Source of the DNA: Eledone cirrhosa
Taxonomy: Eukaryota
DNA length: 64,000 bases
Direction: 5' to 3'
Assembly (NCBI GenBank): GCA_964016885.1
Contig: OZ024740.1
Span: forward strand, 436,604,001-436,668,000
Shown here: in pieces, positions 1-14,199 of the stretch
Layout of the letters: every line of letters begins with the position of its first letter
How positions within the stretch are numbered: position 1 is the first letter of the stretch
Program-made: the position numbers and the translations under genes
Notes under the pieces: generated by a model
The model's database searches: none
What the model was told of the DNA's origin: nothing
What the model saw: only the letters and a program-made list of their open reading frames with translations

Positions 1-149
1 CTGATTAGAGAGTGTTGACTGGTTATAGAGTGTTGACTGGTTATAGAGTGTTGTCTGGTTAGAGAGTGTAGACTGGTTAGAGAGTGTTGACTGGTTATAG
101 AGTGTTGTCTGGTTATAGAGTGTTGACTGGTTAGAGAGTGTTGACTGGT

Positions 150-3100
150 TATAGAGTGTTGACTGGTTATAGAGTGTTGACTGGTTATAGAGTGTTGTCT
201 GGTTAGAGAGTGTTGTCTGGTTAGAGAGTGTTGACTGGTTAGAGAGTGTTGACTGGTTATAGAGTGTTGACTGGCTATAGAGTGTTGTCTGGTTATAGAG
301 TGTTGTCTGGTTATAGAGTGTTGACTGGTTATAGAGTGTTGTCTGGTTATAGAGTGTTGACTGGTTATAGAGTGTTGACTGGTTATAGAGTGTTGTCTGG
401 TTAGAGAGTGTTGACTGGTTATAGAGTGTTGTCTGGTTATAGAGTGTTGACTGGTTAGAGAGTGTTGACTGGTTATAGAGTGTTGTCTGGTTATAGAGCG
501 TTGACTGGTTAGAGAGTGTTGACTGGTTATAGAGTGTTGTCTGGTTAGAGAGTGTTGACTGGTTATAGAGTGTTGACTGGTTAGAGAGTGTTGTCTGGTT
601 ATAGAGTGTTGTCTGGTTATAGAGTGTTGTCTGGTTATAGAGTGTTGTCTGGTTAGAGAGTGTTGTCTGGTTATAGAGTGTTGTCTGGTTAGAGAGTGTT
701 GACTGGTTATAGAGTGTTGACTGGTTATAGAGTGTTGTCTGGTTAGAGAGTGTTGTCTGGTTATAGAGTGTTGTCTGGTTATAGACTGTTGTCTGGTTAG
801 AGAGTGTTGTCTGATTAGAGAGTGTTGACTGGTTATAGAGTGTTGACTGGTTATAGAGTGTTGTCTGGTTAGAGAGTGTAGACTGGTTAGAGAGTGTTGA
901 CTGGTTATAGAGTGTTGTCTGGTTATAGAATGTTGACTGGTTAGAGAGTGTTGACTGGTTATAGAGTGTTGACTGGTTATAGAGTGTTGACTTGTTATAG
1001 AGTGTTGTCTGGTTAGAGGGTGTTGTCTGGTTAGAGAGTGTTGACTGGTTAGAGAGTGTTGACTGGTTATAGAGTGTTGACTGGCTATAGAGTGTTGTCT
1101 GGTTATAGAGTGTTGTCTGGTTATAGAGTGTTGACTGGTTACAGAGTGTCGTCTGGTTATAGAGTGTTGTCTGGTTAGAGAGTGTTGTCTGGTTAGAGAG
1201 TGTTGACTGGTTATAGAGTGTTGACTGGTTATAGAGTGTTGTCTGGTTAGAGAGTGTTGTCTGGTTATAGAGTGTTGTCTGGTTATAGACTGTTGTCTGG
1301 TTAGAGAGTGATGTCTGATTAGAGAGTGTTGACTGGTTATAGAGTGTTGACTGGTTATAGAGTGTTGTCTGGTTAGAGAGTGTAGACTGGTTAGAGAGTG
1401 TTGACTGGTTATAGAGTGTTGTCTGGTTATAGAGTGTTGACTGGTTAGAGAGTGTTGACTGGTTATAGAGTGTTGACTGGTTATAGAGTGTTGACTGGTT
1501 ATAGAGTGTTGTCTGGTTATAGAGTGTTGACTGGTTATAGAGTGTTGACTGGTTATAGTGTGTTGACTGTTTAGAGCGTGTTGACTGGTTAGAGAGTGTT
1601 GACTGGTTAGAGAGTGTTGAATGGTCATAGAGTGTTGACTGGTTATAGAGTGTTGACTGGTTAGAGAGTGTTGTCTGGTTAGAGAGTGTTGACTGGTTAG
1701 AGAGTGTTGACTGGTTATAGAGTGTTGTCTAGTTAGAGAGTGTTGACTGGTTACAGAGTGTTGACTGGTTATAGAGTGTTGACTGGTTATAGAGTGTTGT
1801 CTGGTTATAGAGTGTTGACTGGTTAGAGTGTGTTGTCTGGTTAGTGAGTGTTGACTGGTTATAGAGTGTCGTCTGGTTATAGAGTGTTGACTGGTTAGAG
1901 AGTGTTGTCTGGTTAGAGAGTGTTGACTGGTTAGAGAGTGTTGACTGGTTATAGAGTGTTGACTGGCTATAGAGTGTTGTCTGGTTATAGAGTGTTGTCT
2001 GGTTATAGAGTGTTGACTGGTTACAGAGTGTCGTCTGGTTATAGAGTGTTGTCTGGTTAGAGAGTGTTGACTGGTTATAGAGTGTTGACTGGTTAGAGAG
2101 TGTTGACTGGTTAGAGATTGTTGACTGGTTATAGAGTGTTGTCTGGTTATAGAGTGTTAACTGGTTATAGAGTGTTGTCTGGTTAGAGAGTGTTGACTGG
2201 TTATAGAGTGTTGTCTCGTTAGAGAGTGTAGACTGGTTAGAGGGTGTTGACTGGTTATAGAGTGTTGTCTGGTTATAGAGTGTTGACTGGTTAGAGAGTG
2301 TTGACTGGTTATAGAGTGTTGACTGGTTATAGAGTGTTGACTGGTTATAGAGTGTTGTCTGGTTATAGAGCGTTGACTGGTTATAGAGTGTTGACTGGTT
2401 ATAAAGTGTTGTCTGGTTAGAGAGTGTTGACTGGTTATAGAGTGTTGACTGGTTAGAGAGTGTTGTCTGGTTATAGAGTGTTGTCTGGTTATAGAGTGTT
2501 GTCTGGTTATAGAGTGTTGTCTGGTTAGAGAGTGTTGTCTGGTTATAGAGTGTTGTCTGGTTAGAGAGTGTTGACTGGTTATAGAGTGTTGACTGGTTAT
2601 AGAGTGTTGTCTGGTTAGAGAGTGTTGTCTGGTTATAGAGTGTTGTCTGGTTATAGACTGTTGTCTGGTTAGAGACTGTTGTCTGGTTAGAGAGTGTTGT
2701 CTGATTAGAGAGTGTTGACTGGTTATAGAGTGTTGACTGGTTATAGAGTGTTGTCTGGTTAGAGAGTGTAGACTGGTTAGAGAGTGTTGACTGGTTATAG
2801 AGTGTTGTCTGGTTATAGAATGTTGACTGGTTAGAGAGTGTTGACTGGTTATAGAGTGTTGACTGGTTATAGAGTGTTGACTGGTTATAGAGTGTTGTCT
2901 GGTTAGAGAGTGTTGTCTGGTTAGAGAGTGTTGACTGGTTAGAGAGTGTTGACTGGTTATAGAGTGTTGACTGGCTATAGAGTGTTGTCTGGTTATAGAG
3001 TGTTGTCTGGTTATAGAGTGTTGACTGGTTACAGAGTGTCGTCTGGTTATAGAGTGTTGTCTGGTTAGAGAGTGTTGTCTGGTTAGAGAGTGTTGACTGG

Positions 3101-5850
3101 TTATAGAGTGTTGACTGGTTATAGAGTGTTGTCTGGTTAGAGAGTGTTGTCTGGTTATAGAGTGTTGTCTGGTTATAGACTGTTGTCTGGTTAGAGAGTG
3201 ATGTCTGATTAGAGAGTGTTGACTGGTTATAGAGTGTTGACTGGTTATAGAGTGTTGTCTGGTTAGAGAGTGTAGACTGGTTAGAGAGTGTTGACTGGTT
3301 ATAGAGTGTTGTCTGGTTATAGAGTGTTGACTGGTTAGAGAGTGTTGACTGGTTATAGAGTGTTGACTGGTTATAGAGTGTTGACTGGTTATAGAGTGTT
3401 GTCTGGTTAGAGAGTGTAGACTGGTTAGAGAGTGTTGACTGGTTATAGAGTGTTGTCTGGTTATAGAGTGTTGACTGGTTAGAGAGTGTTGACTGGTTAT
3501 AGAGTGTTGACTGGTTATAGAGTGTTGACTGGTTATAGAGTGTTGTCTGGTTATAGAGTGTTGACTGGTTATAGAGTGTTGACTGGTTATAGTGTGTTGA
3601 CTGTTTAGAGCGTGTTGACTGGTCATAGAGTGTTGACTGGTTATAGAGTGTTGACTGGTTATAGAGTGTTGACTGGTTATAGAGTGTTGTCTGGTTAGAG
3701 AGTGTTGTCTGGTTAGAGAGTGTTGACTGGTTAGAGAGTGTTGACTGGTTATAGAGTGTTGACTGGCTATAGAGTGTTGTCTGGTTATAGAGTGTTGTCT
3801 GGTTATAGAGTGTTGACTGGTTATAGAGTGTTGTCTGGTTATAGAGTGTTGACTGGTTATAGATTGTTGACTGGTTATAGAGTGTTGTCTGGTTAGAGAG
3901 TGTTGACTGGTTATAGAGTGTTGTCTGGTTATAGAGTGTTGACTGGTTAGAGAGTGTTGACTGGTTATAGAGTGTTGTCTGGTTATAGAGCGTTGACTGG
4001 TTATAGAGTGTTGACTGGTTATAGAGTGTTGTCTGGTTAGAGAGTGTTGACTGGTTATAGAGTGTTGACTGGTTAGAGAGTGTTGTCTGGTTATAGAGTG
4101 TTGTCTGGTTATAGAGTGTTGTCTGGTTATAGAGTGTTGTCTGGTTAGAGAGTGTTGTCTGGTTATAGAGTGTTGTCTGGTTAGAGAGTGTTGACTGGTT
4201 ATAGAGTGTTGACTGGTTATAGAGTGTTGTCTGGTTAGAGAGTGTTGTCTGGTTATAGAGTGTTGTCTGGTTATAGACTTTTGTCTGGTTAGAGAGTGTT
4301 GTCTGATTAGAGAGTGTTGACTGGTTATAGAGTGTTGACTGGTTATAGAGTGTTGTCTGGTTAGAGAGTGTAGACTGGTTAGAGAGTGTTGACTGGTTAT
4401 AGAGTGTTGTCTGGTTATAGAATGTTGACTGGTTAGAGAGTGTTGACTGGTTATAGAGTGTTGACTGGTTATAGAGTGTTGACTGGTTATAGAGTGTTGT
4501 CTGGTTAGAGAGTGTTGTCTGGTTAGAGAGTGTTGACTGGTTAGAGAGTGTTGACTGGTTATAGAGTGTTGACTGGCTATAGAGTGTTGTCTGGTTATAG
4601 AGTGTTGTCTGGTTATAGAGTGTTGACTGGTTACAGAGTGTCGTCTGGTTATAGAGTGTTGTCTGGTTAGAGAGTGTTGTCTGGTTAGAGAGTGTTGACT
4701 GGTTATAGAGTGTTGACTGGTTATAGAGTGTTGTCTGGTTAGAGAGTGTTGTCTGGTTATAGAGTGTTGTCTGGTTATAGACTGTTGTCTGGTTAGAGAG
4801 TGATGTCTGATTAGAGAGTGTTGACTGGTTATAGAGTGTTGACTGGTTATAGAGTGTTGTCTGGTTAGAGAGTGTAGACTGGTTAGAGAGTGTTGACTGG
4901 TTATAGAGTGTTGTCTGGTTATAGAGTGTTGACTGGTTAGAGAGTGTTGACTGGTTATAGAGTGTTGACTGGTTATAGAGTGTTGACTGGTTATAGAGTG
5001 TTGTCTGGTTATAGAGTGTTGACTGGTTATAGAGTGTTGACTGGTTATAGTGTGTTGACTGTTTAGAGCGTGTTGACTGGTTAGAGAGTGTTGACTGGTT
5101 AGAGAGTGTTGAATGGTCATAGAGTGTTGACTGGTTATAGAGTGTTGACTGGTTAGAGAGTGTTGTCTGGTTAGAGAGTGTTGACTGGTTAGAGAGTGTT
5201 GACTGGTTATAGAGTGTTGTCTAGTTAGAGAGTGTTGACTGGTTACAGAGTGTTGACTGGTTATAGAGTGTTGACTGGTTATAGAGTGTTGTCTGGTTAT
5301 AGAGTGTTGACCGGTTAGAGTGTGTTGTCTGGTTAGTGAGTGTTGACTGGTTATAGAGTGTCGTCTGGTTATAGAGTGTTGACTGGTTAGAGAGTGTTGT
5401 CTGGTTAGAGAGTGTTGACTGGTTAGAGAGTGTTGACTGGTTATAGAGTGTTGACTGGCTATAGAGTGTTGTCTGGTTATAGAGTGTTGTCTGGTTATAG
5501 AGTGTTGACTGGTTACAGAGTGTCGTCTGGTTATAGAGTGTTGTCTGGTTAGAGAGTGTTGACTGGTTATAGAGTGTTGACTGGTTAGAGAGTGTTGACT
5601 GGTTAGAGATTGTTGACTGGTTATAGAGTGTTGTCTGGTTATAGAGTGTTAACTGGTTATAGAGTGTTGTCTGGTTAGAGAGTGTTGACTGGTTATAGAG
5701 TGTTGTCTCGTTAGAGAGTGTAGACTGGTTAGAGGGTGTTGACTGGTTATAGAGTGTTGTCTGGTTATAGAGTGTTGACTGGTTAGAGAGTGTTGACTGG
5801 TTATAGAGTGTTGACTGGTTATAGAGTGTTGACTGGTTATAGAGTGTTGT
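150..5850. repeat. Higher-order duplication, ~150-2360 repeated at ~3640-5850 (offset 3492 bp = 194 units)
   Basis: Rare variants recur at exactly +3492: GGCTAT 275/3767, GAGCG 499/3991, AGACT 786/4278, CTGTTTAGAGCG 1567/5059, GTTAAC 2157/5649. Confidence 0.88.
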
Positions 5851-7272
5851 CTGGTTATAGAGTGTTGACTGGTTATAGAGTGTTGACTGGTTATAGAGTG
5901 TTGTCTGGTTATAGAGTGTTGACTGTTTAGAGCGTGTTGACTGGTTAGAGAGTGTTGACTGGTTAGAGAGTGTTGAATGGTCATAGAGTGTTGACTGGTT
6001 ATAGAGTGTTGACTGGTTAGAGAGTGTTGTCTGGTTAGAGACTGTTGACTGGTTAGAGAGTGTTGACTGGTTATAGAGTGTTGTCTAGTTAGAGAGTGTT
6101 GACTGGTTACAGAGTGTTGACTGGTTATAGAGTGTTGACTGGTTATAGAGTGTTGTATGGTTATAGAGTGTTGACTGGTTAGAGAGTGTTGTCTGGTTAG
6201 TGAGTGTTGACTTGTTATAGAGTGTCGTCTGGTTATAGAGTGTGGACTGGTTAGAGAGTGTTGTCTGGTTAGAGAGTGTTGACTGGTTAGAGAGTGTTGA
6301 CTGGTTATAGAGTGTTGACTGGCTATAGAGTGTTGTCTGGTTATAGAGTGTTGTCTGGTTATAGAGTGTTGACTGGTTACAGAGTGTCGTCTGGTTATAG
6401 AGTGTTGTCTGGTTAGAGAGTTTTGTCTGGTTATAGAGTGTTGACTGGTTATAGAGTGTTGACTGGTTATAGAGTGTTGTCTGGTTAGAGAGTGTTGTCT
6501 GGTTATAGAGTGTTGTCTGGTTATAGACTGTTGTCTGGTTAGAGAGTGATGTCTGATTAGAGAGTGTTGACTGGTTATAGAGTGTTGACTGGTTATAGAG
6601 TGTTGTCTGGTTAGAGAGTGTAGACTGGTTAGAGAGTGTTGACTGGTTATAGAGTGTTGTCTGGTTATAGAGTGTTGACTGGTTAGAGAGTGTTGACTGG
6701 TTATAGAGTGTTGACTGGTTATAGAGTGTTGACTGGTTATAGAGTGTTGTCTGGTTATAGAGTGTTGACTGGTTATAGAGTGTTGACTGGTTATAGTGTG
6801 TTGACTGTTTAGAGCGTGTTGACTGGTTAGAGAGTGTTGACTGGTTAGAGAGTGTTGAATGGTCATAGAGTGTTGACTGGTTATAGAGTGTTGACTGGTT
6901 AGAGAGTGTTGTCTGGTTATAGAGTGTTGTCTGGTTATAGAGTGTTGTCTGGTTATAGAGTGTTGTCTGGTTAGAGAGTGTTGTCTGGTTATAGAGTGTT
7001 GTCTGGTTAGAGAGTGTTGACTGGTTATAGAGTGTTGACTGGTTATAGAGTGTTGTCTGGTTAGAGAGTGTTGTCTGGTTATAGAGTGTTGTCTGGTTAT
7101 AGACTGTTGTCTGGTTAGAGAGTGTTGTCTGATTAGAGAGTGTTGACTGGTTATAGAGTGTTGACTGGTTATAGAGTGTTGTCTGGTTAGAGAGTGTAGA
7201 CTGGTTAGAGAGTGTTGACTGGTTATAGAGTGTTGTCTGGTTATAGAATGTTGACTGGTTAGAGAGTGTTGA

Positions 7273-7288
7273 CTGGTTATAGTGTTGA
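7273..7288. other. Truncated 16-bp unit (2-bp AG deletion) that shifts the array register
   Basis: Reads CTGGTTATAGTGTTGA instead of CTGGTTATAGAGTGTTGA. It explains the QHSITS to NQSTLY switch in ORF 6085..7944. Confidence 0.93.
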
Positions 7289-8659
7289 CTGGTTATAGAG
7301 TGTTGACTGGTTATAGAGTGTTGTCTGGTTAGAGAGTGTTGTCTGGTTAGAGAGTGTTGACTGGTTAGAGAGTGTTGACTGGTTATAGAGTGTTGACTGG
7401 CTATAGAGTGTTGTCTGGTTATAGAGTGTTGTCTGGTTATAGAGTGTTGACTGGTTACAGAGTGTCGTCTGGTTATAGAGTGTTGTCTGGTTAGAGAGTG
7501 TTGTCTGGTTAGAGAGTGTTGACTGGTTATAGAGTGTTGACTGGTTATAGAGTGTTGTCTGGTTAGAGAGTGTTGTCTGGTTATAGAGTGTTGTCTGGTT
7601 ATAGACTGTTGTCTGGTTAGAGAGTGATGTCTGATTAGAGAGTGTTGACTGGTTATAGAGTGTTGACTGGTTATAGAGTGTTGTCTGGTTAGAGAGTGTA
7701 GACTGGTTAGAGAGTGTTGACTGGTTATAGAGTGTTGTCTGGTTATAGAGTGTTGACTGGTTAGAGAGTGTTGACTGGTTAGAGAGTGTTGACTGGTTAT
7801 AGAGTGTTGACTGGTTATAGAGTGTTGTCTGGTTATAGAGTGTTGACTGGTTATAGAGTGTTGACTGGTTATAGTGTGTTGACTGTTTAGAGCGTGTTGA
7901 CTGGTTAGAGAGTGTTGACTGGTTAGAGAGTGTTGAATGGTCATAGAGTGTTGACTGGTTATAGAGTGTTGACTGGTTAGAGAGTGTTGTCTGGTTAGAG
8001 AGTGTTGACTGGTTAGAGAGTGTTGACTGGTTATAGAGTGTTGTCTAGTTAGAGAGTGTTGACTGGTTACAGAGTGTTGACTGGTTATAGAGTGTTGACT
8101 GGTTATAGAGTGTTGACTGGTTATAGAGTGTTGTCTGGTTATAGAGTGTTGACTGGTTAGAGTGTGTTGTCTGGTTAGTGAGTGTTGACTGGTTATAGAG
8201 TGTCGTCTGGTTATAGAGTGTTGACTGGTTAGAGAGTGTTGTCTGGTTAGAGAGTGTTGACTGGTTAGAGAGTGTTGACTGGTTATAGAGTGTTGACTGG
8301 CTATAGAGTGTTGTCTGGTTATAGAGTGTTGTCTGGTTATAGAGTGTTGACTGGTTACAGAGTGTCGTCTGGTTATAGAGTGTTGTCTGGTTAGAGAGTG
8401 TTGACTGGTTATAGAGTGTTGACTGGTTAGAGAGTGTTGACTGGTTAGAGATTGTTGACTGGTTATAGAGTGTTGTCTGGTTATAGAGTGTTAACTGGTT
8501 ATAGAGTGTTGTCTGGTTAGAGAGTGTTGACTGGTTATAGAGTGTTGTCTCGTTAGAGAGTGTAGACTGGTTAGAGGGTGTTGACTGGTTATAGAGTGTT
8601 GTCTGGTTATAGAGTGTTGACTGGTTAGAGAGTGTTGACTGGTTATAGAGTGTTGACTG

Positions 8660-11600
8660 GTTATAGAGTGTTGACTGGTTATAGAGTGTTGTCTGGTTAT
8701 AGAGTGTTGACTGGTTATAGAGTGTTGACTGGTTATAGAGTGTTGTCTGGTTATAGAGTGTTGACTGTTTAGAGCGTGTTGACTGGTTAGAGAGTGTTGA
8801 CTGGTTAGAGAGTGTTGAATGGTCATAGAGTGTTGACTGGTTATAGAGTGTTGACTGGTTAGAGAGTGTTGTCTGGTTAGAGACTGTTGACTGGTTAGAG
8901 AGTGTTGACTGGTTATAGAGTGTTGTCTAGTTAGAGAGTGTTGACTGGTTACAGAGTGTTGACTGGTTATAGAGTGTTGACTGGTTATAGAGTGTTGTAT
9001 GGTTATAGAGTGTTGACTGGTTAGAGAGTGTTGTCTGGTTAGTGAGTGTTGACTTGTTATAGAGTGTCGTCTGGTTATAGAGTGTGGACTGGTTAGAGAG
9101 TGTTGTCTGGTTAGAGAGTGTTGACTGGTTAGAGAGTGTTGACTGGTTATAGAGTGTTGACTGGCTATAGAGTGTTGTCTGGTTATAGAGTGTTGTCTGG
9201 TTATAGAGTGTTGACTGGTTACAGAGTGTCGTCTGGTTATAGAGTGTTGTCTGGTTAGAGAGTTTTGTCTGGTTATAGAGTGTTGACTGGTTATAGAGTG
9301 TTGACTGGTTATAGAGTGTTGACCGGTTATAGAGTGTTGATTGTTTAGAGCGTGTTGACTGGTTAGAGAGTGTTGACTGGTTAGAGAGTGTTGAATGGTT
9401 AGAGAGTGTTGACTGGTTATAGGGTGTTGACTGGTTATAGAGTGTTGACTGGTTAGAGAGTGTTGTCTGGTTATAGAGTGTTGACTGGTTAGAGAGTGTT
9501 GACTGGTTATAGAGTGTTGTCTAGTTAGAGAGTGTTGACTGGTTACAGGGTGTTGACTGGTTATAGAGTGTTGACTGGTTATAGAGTGTTGTCTGGTTAT
9601 AGAGTGTTGACTGGTTATAGAGTGTTGACTGGTTAGAGAGTGTTGTCTGGTTATAGAGTGTTGACTGGTTATAGAGTGTTGTCTGGTTATAGAGTGTTGA
9701 CTGGTTAGAGAGTGTTGTCTGGTTAGAGAGTGTTGACTGGTTAGAGAGTGTTGACTGGTTATAGAGTGTTGACTGGCTATAGAGTGTTGTCTGGTTATAG
9801 AGTGTTGTCTGGTTATAGAGTGTTGACTGGTTACAGAGTGTCGTCTGGTTATAGAGTGTTGTCTGGTTAGAGAGTGATGACTGGTTATAGAGTGTTGACT
9901 GGTTAGAGAGTGTTGACTGGTTAGAGATTGTTGACTGGTTATAGAGTGTTGTCTGGTTATAGAGTGTTGACTGGTTATAGAGTGTTGTCTGGTTATAGAG
10001 TGTTGACTGGTTATAGAGTGTTGACTGGTTATAGAGTGTTGTCTGGTTAGAGAGTGTTAACTGGTTATAGAGTGTTGTCTGGTTATAGAGTGTTGACTGG
10101 TTAGAGAGTGTTGACTGGTTATAGAGTGTTGTCTGGTTATAGAGTGTTGACTGGTTATAGAGTGTTGACTGGTTATAGAGTGTTGTCTGGTTAGAGAGTG
10201 TTGACTGGTTATAGAGTGTTGACTGGTTAGAGAGTGTTGTCTGGTTATAGAGTGTTGTCTGGTTATAGAGTGTTGTCTGGTTATAGAGTGTTGTCTGGTT
10301 AGAGAGTGTTGTCTGGTTATAGAGTGTTGTCTGGTTAGAGAGTGTTGACTGGTTATAGAGTGTTGACTGGTTATAGAGTGTTGTCTGGTTAGAGAGTGTT
10401 GTCTGGTTATAGAGTGTTGTCTGGTTATAGACTGTTGTCTGGTTAGAGAGTGTTGTCTGATTAGAGAGTGTTGACTGGTTATAGAGTGTTGACTGGTTAT
10501 AGAGTGTTGTCTGGTTAGAGAGTGTAGACTGGTTAGAGAGTGTTGACTGGTTATAGAGTGTTGTCTGGTTATAGAGTGTTGACTGGTTAGAGAGTGTTGA
10601 CTGGTTATAGAGTGTTGACTGGTTATAGAGTGTTGACTGGTTATAGAGTGTTGTCTGGTTATAGAGTGTTGACTGGTTATAGAGTGTTGACTGGTTATAG
10701 AGTGTTGACTGTTTAGAGCGTGTTGACTGGTTAGAGAGTGTTGACTGGTTAGAGAGTGTTGAATGGTCATAGAGTGTTGACTGGTTATAGAGTGTTGACT
10801 GGTTAGAGAGTGTTGTCTGGTTAGAGAGTGTTGACTGGTTAGAGAGTGTTGACTGGTTATAGAGTGTTGTCTAGTTAGAGAGTGTTGACAGGTTACAGAG
10901 TGTTGACTGGTTATAGAGTGTTGACTGGTTATAGAGTGTTGTCTGGTTATAGAGTGTTGACTGGTTATAGTGTGTTGACTGTTTAGAGCGTGTTGACTGG
11001 TTAGAGAGTGTTGACTGGTTAGAGAGTGTTGAATGGTCATAGAGTGTTGACTGGTTATAGAGTGTTGACTGGTTAGAGAGTGTTGTCTGGTTAGAGAGTG
11101 TTGACTGGTTAGAGAGTGTTGACTGGTTATAGAGTGTTGTCTAGTTAGAGAGTGTTGACTGGTTACAGAGTGTTGACTGGTTATAGAGTGTTGACTGGTT
11201 ATAGAGTGTTGTCTGGTTATAGAGTGTTGACTGGTTAGAGTGTGTTGTCTGGTTAGTGAGTGTTGACTGGTTATAGAGTGTCGTCTGGTTATAGAGTGTT
11301 GACTGGTTAGAGAGTGTTGTCTGGTTAGAGAGTGTTGACTGGTTAGAGAGTGTTGACTGGTTATAGAGTGTTGACTGGCTATAGAGTGTTGTCTGGTTAT
11401 AGAGTGTTGTCTGGTTATAGAGTGTTGACTGGTTACAGAGTGTCGTCTGGTTATAGAGTGTTGTCTGGTTAGAGAGTGTTGACTGGTTATAGAGTGTTGA
11501 CTGGTTAGAGAGTGTTGACTGGTTAGAGATTGTTGACTGGTTATAGAGTGTTGTCTGGTTATAGAGTGTTAACTGGTTATAGAGTGTTGTCTGGTTAGAG

Positions 11601-14010
11601 AGTGTTGACTGGTTATAGAGTGTTGTCTCGTTAGAGAGTGTAGACTGGTTAGAGGGTGTTGACTGGTTATAGAGTGTTGTCTGGTTATAGAGTGTTGACT
11701 GGTTAGAGAGTGTTGACTGGTTATAGAGTGTTGACTGGTTATAGAGTGTTGTCTGGTTATAGAGTGTTGACTGGTTATAGAGTGTTGTCTGGTTATAGAG
11801 TGTTGACTGTTTAGAGCGTGTTGACTGGTTAGAGAGTGTTGACTGGTTAGAGAGTGTTGAATGGTCATAGAGTGTTGACTGGTTATAGAGTGTTGACTGG
11901 TTAGAGAGTGTTGTCTGGTTAGAGACTGTTGACTGGTTAGAGAGTGTTGACTGGTTATAGAGTGTTGTCTAGTTAGAGAGTGTTGACTGGTTACAGAGTG
12001 TTGACTGGTTATAGAGTGTTGACTGGTTATAGAGTGTTGTATGGTTATAGAGTGTTGACTGGTTAGAGAGTGTTGTCTGGTTAGTGAGTGTTGACTTGTT
12101 ATAGAGTGTCGTCTGGTTATAGAGTGTGGACTGGTTAGAGAGTGTTGTCTGGTTAGAGAGTGTTGACTGGTTAGAGAGTGTTGACTGGTTATAGAGTGTT
12201 GACTGGCTATAGAGTGTTGTCTGGTTATAGAGTGTTGTCTGGTTATAGAGTGTTGACTGGTTACAGAGTGTCGTCTGGTTATAGAGTGTTGTCTGGTTAG
12301 AGAGTTTTGTCTGGTTATAGAGTGTTGACTGGTTATAGAGTGTTGACTGGTTATAGAGTGTTGACCGGTTATAGAGTGTTGATTGTTTAGAGCGTGTTGA
12401 CTGGTTAGAGAGTGTTGACTGGTTAGAGAGTGTTGAATGGTTAGAGAGTGTTGACTGGTTATAGGGTGTTGACTGGTTATAGAGTGTTGACTGGTTAGAG
12501 AGTGTTGTCTGGTTATAGAGTGTTGACTGGTTAGAGAGTGTTGACTGGTTATAGAGTGTTGTCTAGTTAGAGAGTGTTGACTGGTTACAGGGTGTTGACT
12601 GGTTATAGAGTGTTGACTGGTTATAGAGTGTTGTCTGGTTATAGAGTGTTGACTGGTTATAGAGTGTTGACTGGTTAGAGAGTGTTGTCTGGTTATAGAG
12701 TGTTGACTGGTTATAGAGTGTTGTCTGGTTATAGAGTGTTGACTGGTTAGAGAGTGTTGTCTGGTTAGAGAGTGTTGACTGGTTAGAGAGTGTTGACTGG
12801 TTATAGAGTGTTGACTGGCTATAGAGTGTTGTCTGGTTATAGAGTGTTGTCTGGTTATAGAGTGTTGACTGGTTACAGAGTGTCGTCTGGTTATAGAGTG
12901 TTGTCTGGTTAGAGAGTGATGACTGGTTATAGAGTGTTGACTGGTTAGAGAGTGTTGACTGGTTAGAGAGTGTTGACTGGTTATAGAGTGTTGTCTGGTT
13001 ATAGAGTGTTGACTGGTTATAGAGTCTTGTCTGGTTATAGAGTGTTGACTGGTTATAGAGTGTTGACTGGTTATAGAGTGTTGTCTGGTTAGAGAGTGTT
13101 AACTGGTTATAGAGTGTTGTCTGGTTATAGAGTGTTGACTGGTTAGAGAGTGTTGACTGGTTATAGAGTGTTGTCTGGTTATAGAGTGTTGACTGGTTAT
13201 AGAGTGTTGACTGGTTATAGAGTGTTGTCTGGTTAGAGAGTGTTGACTGGTTATAGAGTGTTGACTGGTTAGAGAGTGTTGTCTGGTTATAGAGTGTTGT
13301 CTGGTTATAGAGTGTTGTCTGGTTATAGAGTGTTGTCTGGTTAGAGAGTGTTGTCTGGTTATAGAGTGTTGTCTGGTTAGAGAGTGTTGACTGGTTATAG
13401 AGTGTTGACTGGTTATAGAGTGTTGTCTGGTTAGAGAGTGTTGTCTGGTTATAGAGTGTTGTCTGGTTATAGACTGTTGTCTGGTTAGAGAGTGTTGTCT
13501 GATTAGAGAGTGTTGACTGGTTATAGAGTGTTGACTGGTTATAGAGTGTTGTCTGGTTAGAGAGTGTAGACTGGTTAGAGAGTGTTGACTGGTTATAGAG
13601 TGTTGTCTGGTTATAGAGTGTTGACTGGTTAGAGAGTGTTGACTGGTTATAGAGTGTTGACTGGTTATAGAGTGTTGACTGGTTATAGAGTGTTGTCTGG
13701 TTATAGAGTGTTGACTGGTTATAGAGTGTTGACTGGTTATAGAGTGTTGACTGTTTAGAGCGTGTTGACTGGTTAGAGAGTGTTGACTGGTTAGAGAGTG
13801 TTGAATGGTCATAGAGTGTTGACTGGTTATAGAGTGTTGACTGGTTAGAGAGAGTTGTCTGGTTAGAGAGTGTTGACTGGTTAGAGAGTGTTGACTGGTT
13901 ATAGAGTGTTGTCTAGTTAGAGAGTGTTGACAGGTTACAGAGTGTTGACTGGTTATAGAGTGTTGACTGGTTATAGAGTGTTGTCTGGTTATAGAGTGTT
14001 GACTGGTTAG
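8660..14010. repeat. Higher-order duplication, ~8.7-11.0 kb repeated at ~11.7-14.0 kb (offset 3042 bp = 169 units)
   Basis: GAATGGTCAT 8826/11868, GACCGG 9321/12363, GTTAAC 10057/13099 and GACAGG 10890/13932 all recur at +3042. Confidence 0.88.
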
Positions 14011-14199
14011 AGTGTGTTGTCTGGTTAGTGAGTGTTGACTGGTTATAGAGTGTCGTCTGGTTATAGAGTGTTGACTGGTTAGAGAGTGTTGTCTGGTTAG
14101 AGAGTGTTGACTGGTTAGAGAGTGTTGACTGGTTATAGAGTGTTGACTGGCTATAGAGTGTTGTCTGGTTATAGAGTGTTGTCTGGTTATAGAGTGTTG

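Noticed and set aside
1-18. Origin of the 18-mer from a 9-bp dimer
   Set aside because: The two GTT cores are spaced 10 and 8 bp apart and the halves otherwise match poorly, so this is not supportable.
6085-7944. Apparent two-domain protein (QHSITS then NQSTLY) or programmed frameshift
   Set aside because: It is caused by a single 2-bp deletion at ~7281 that moves between two intrinsically open frames.
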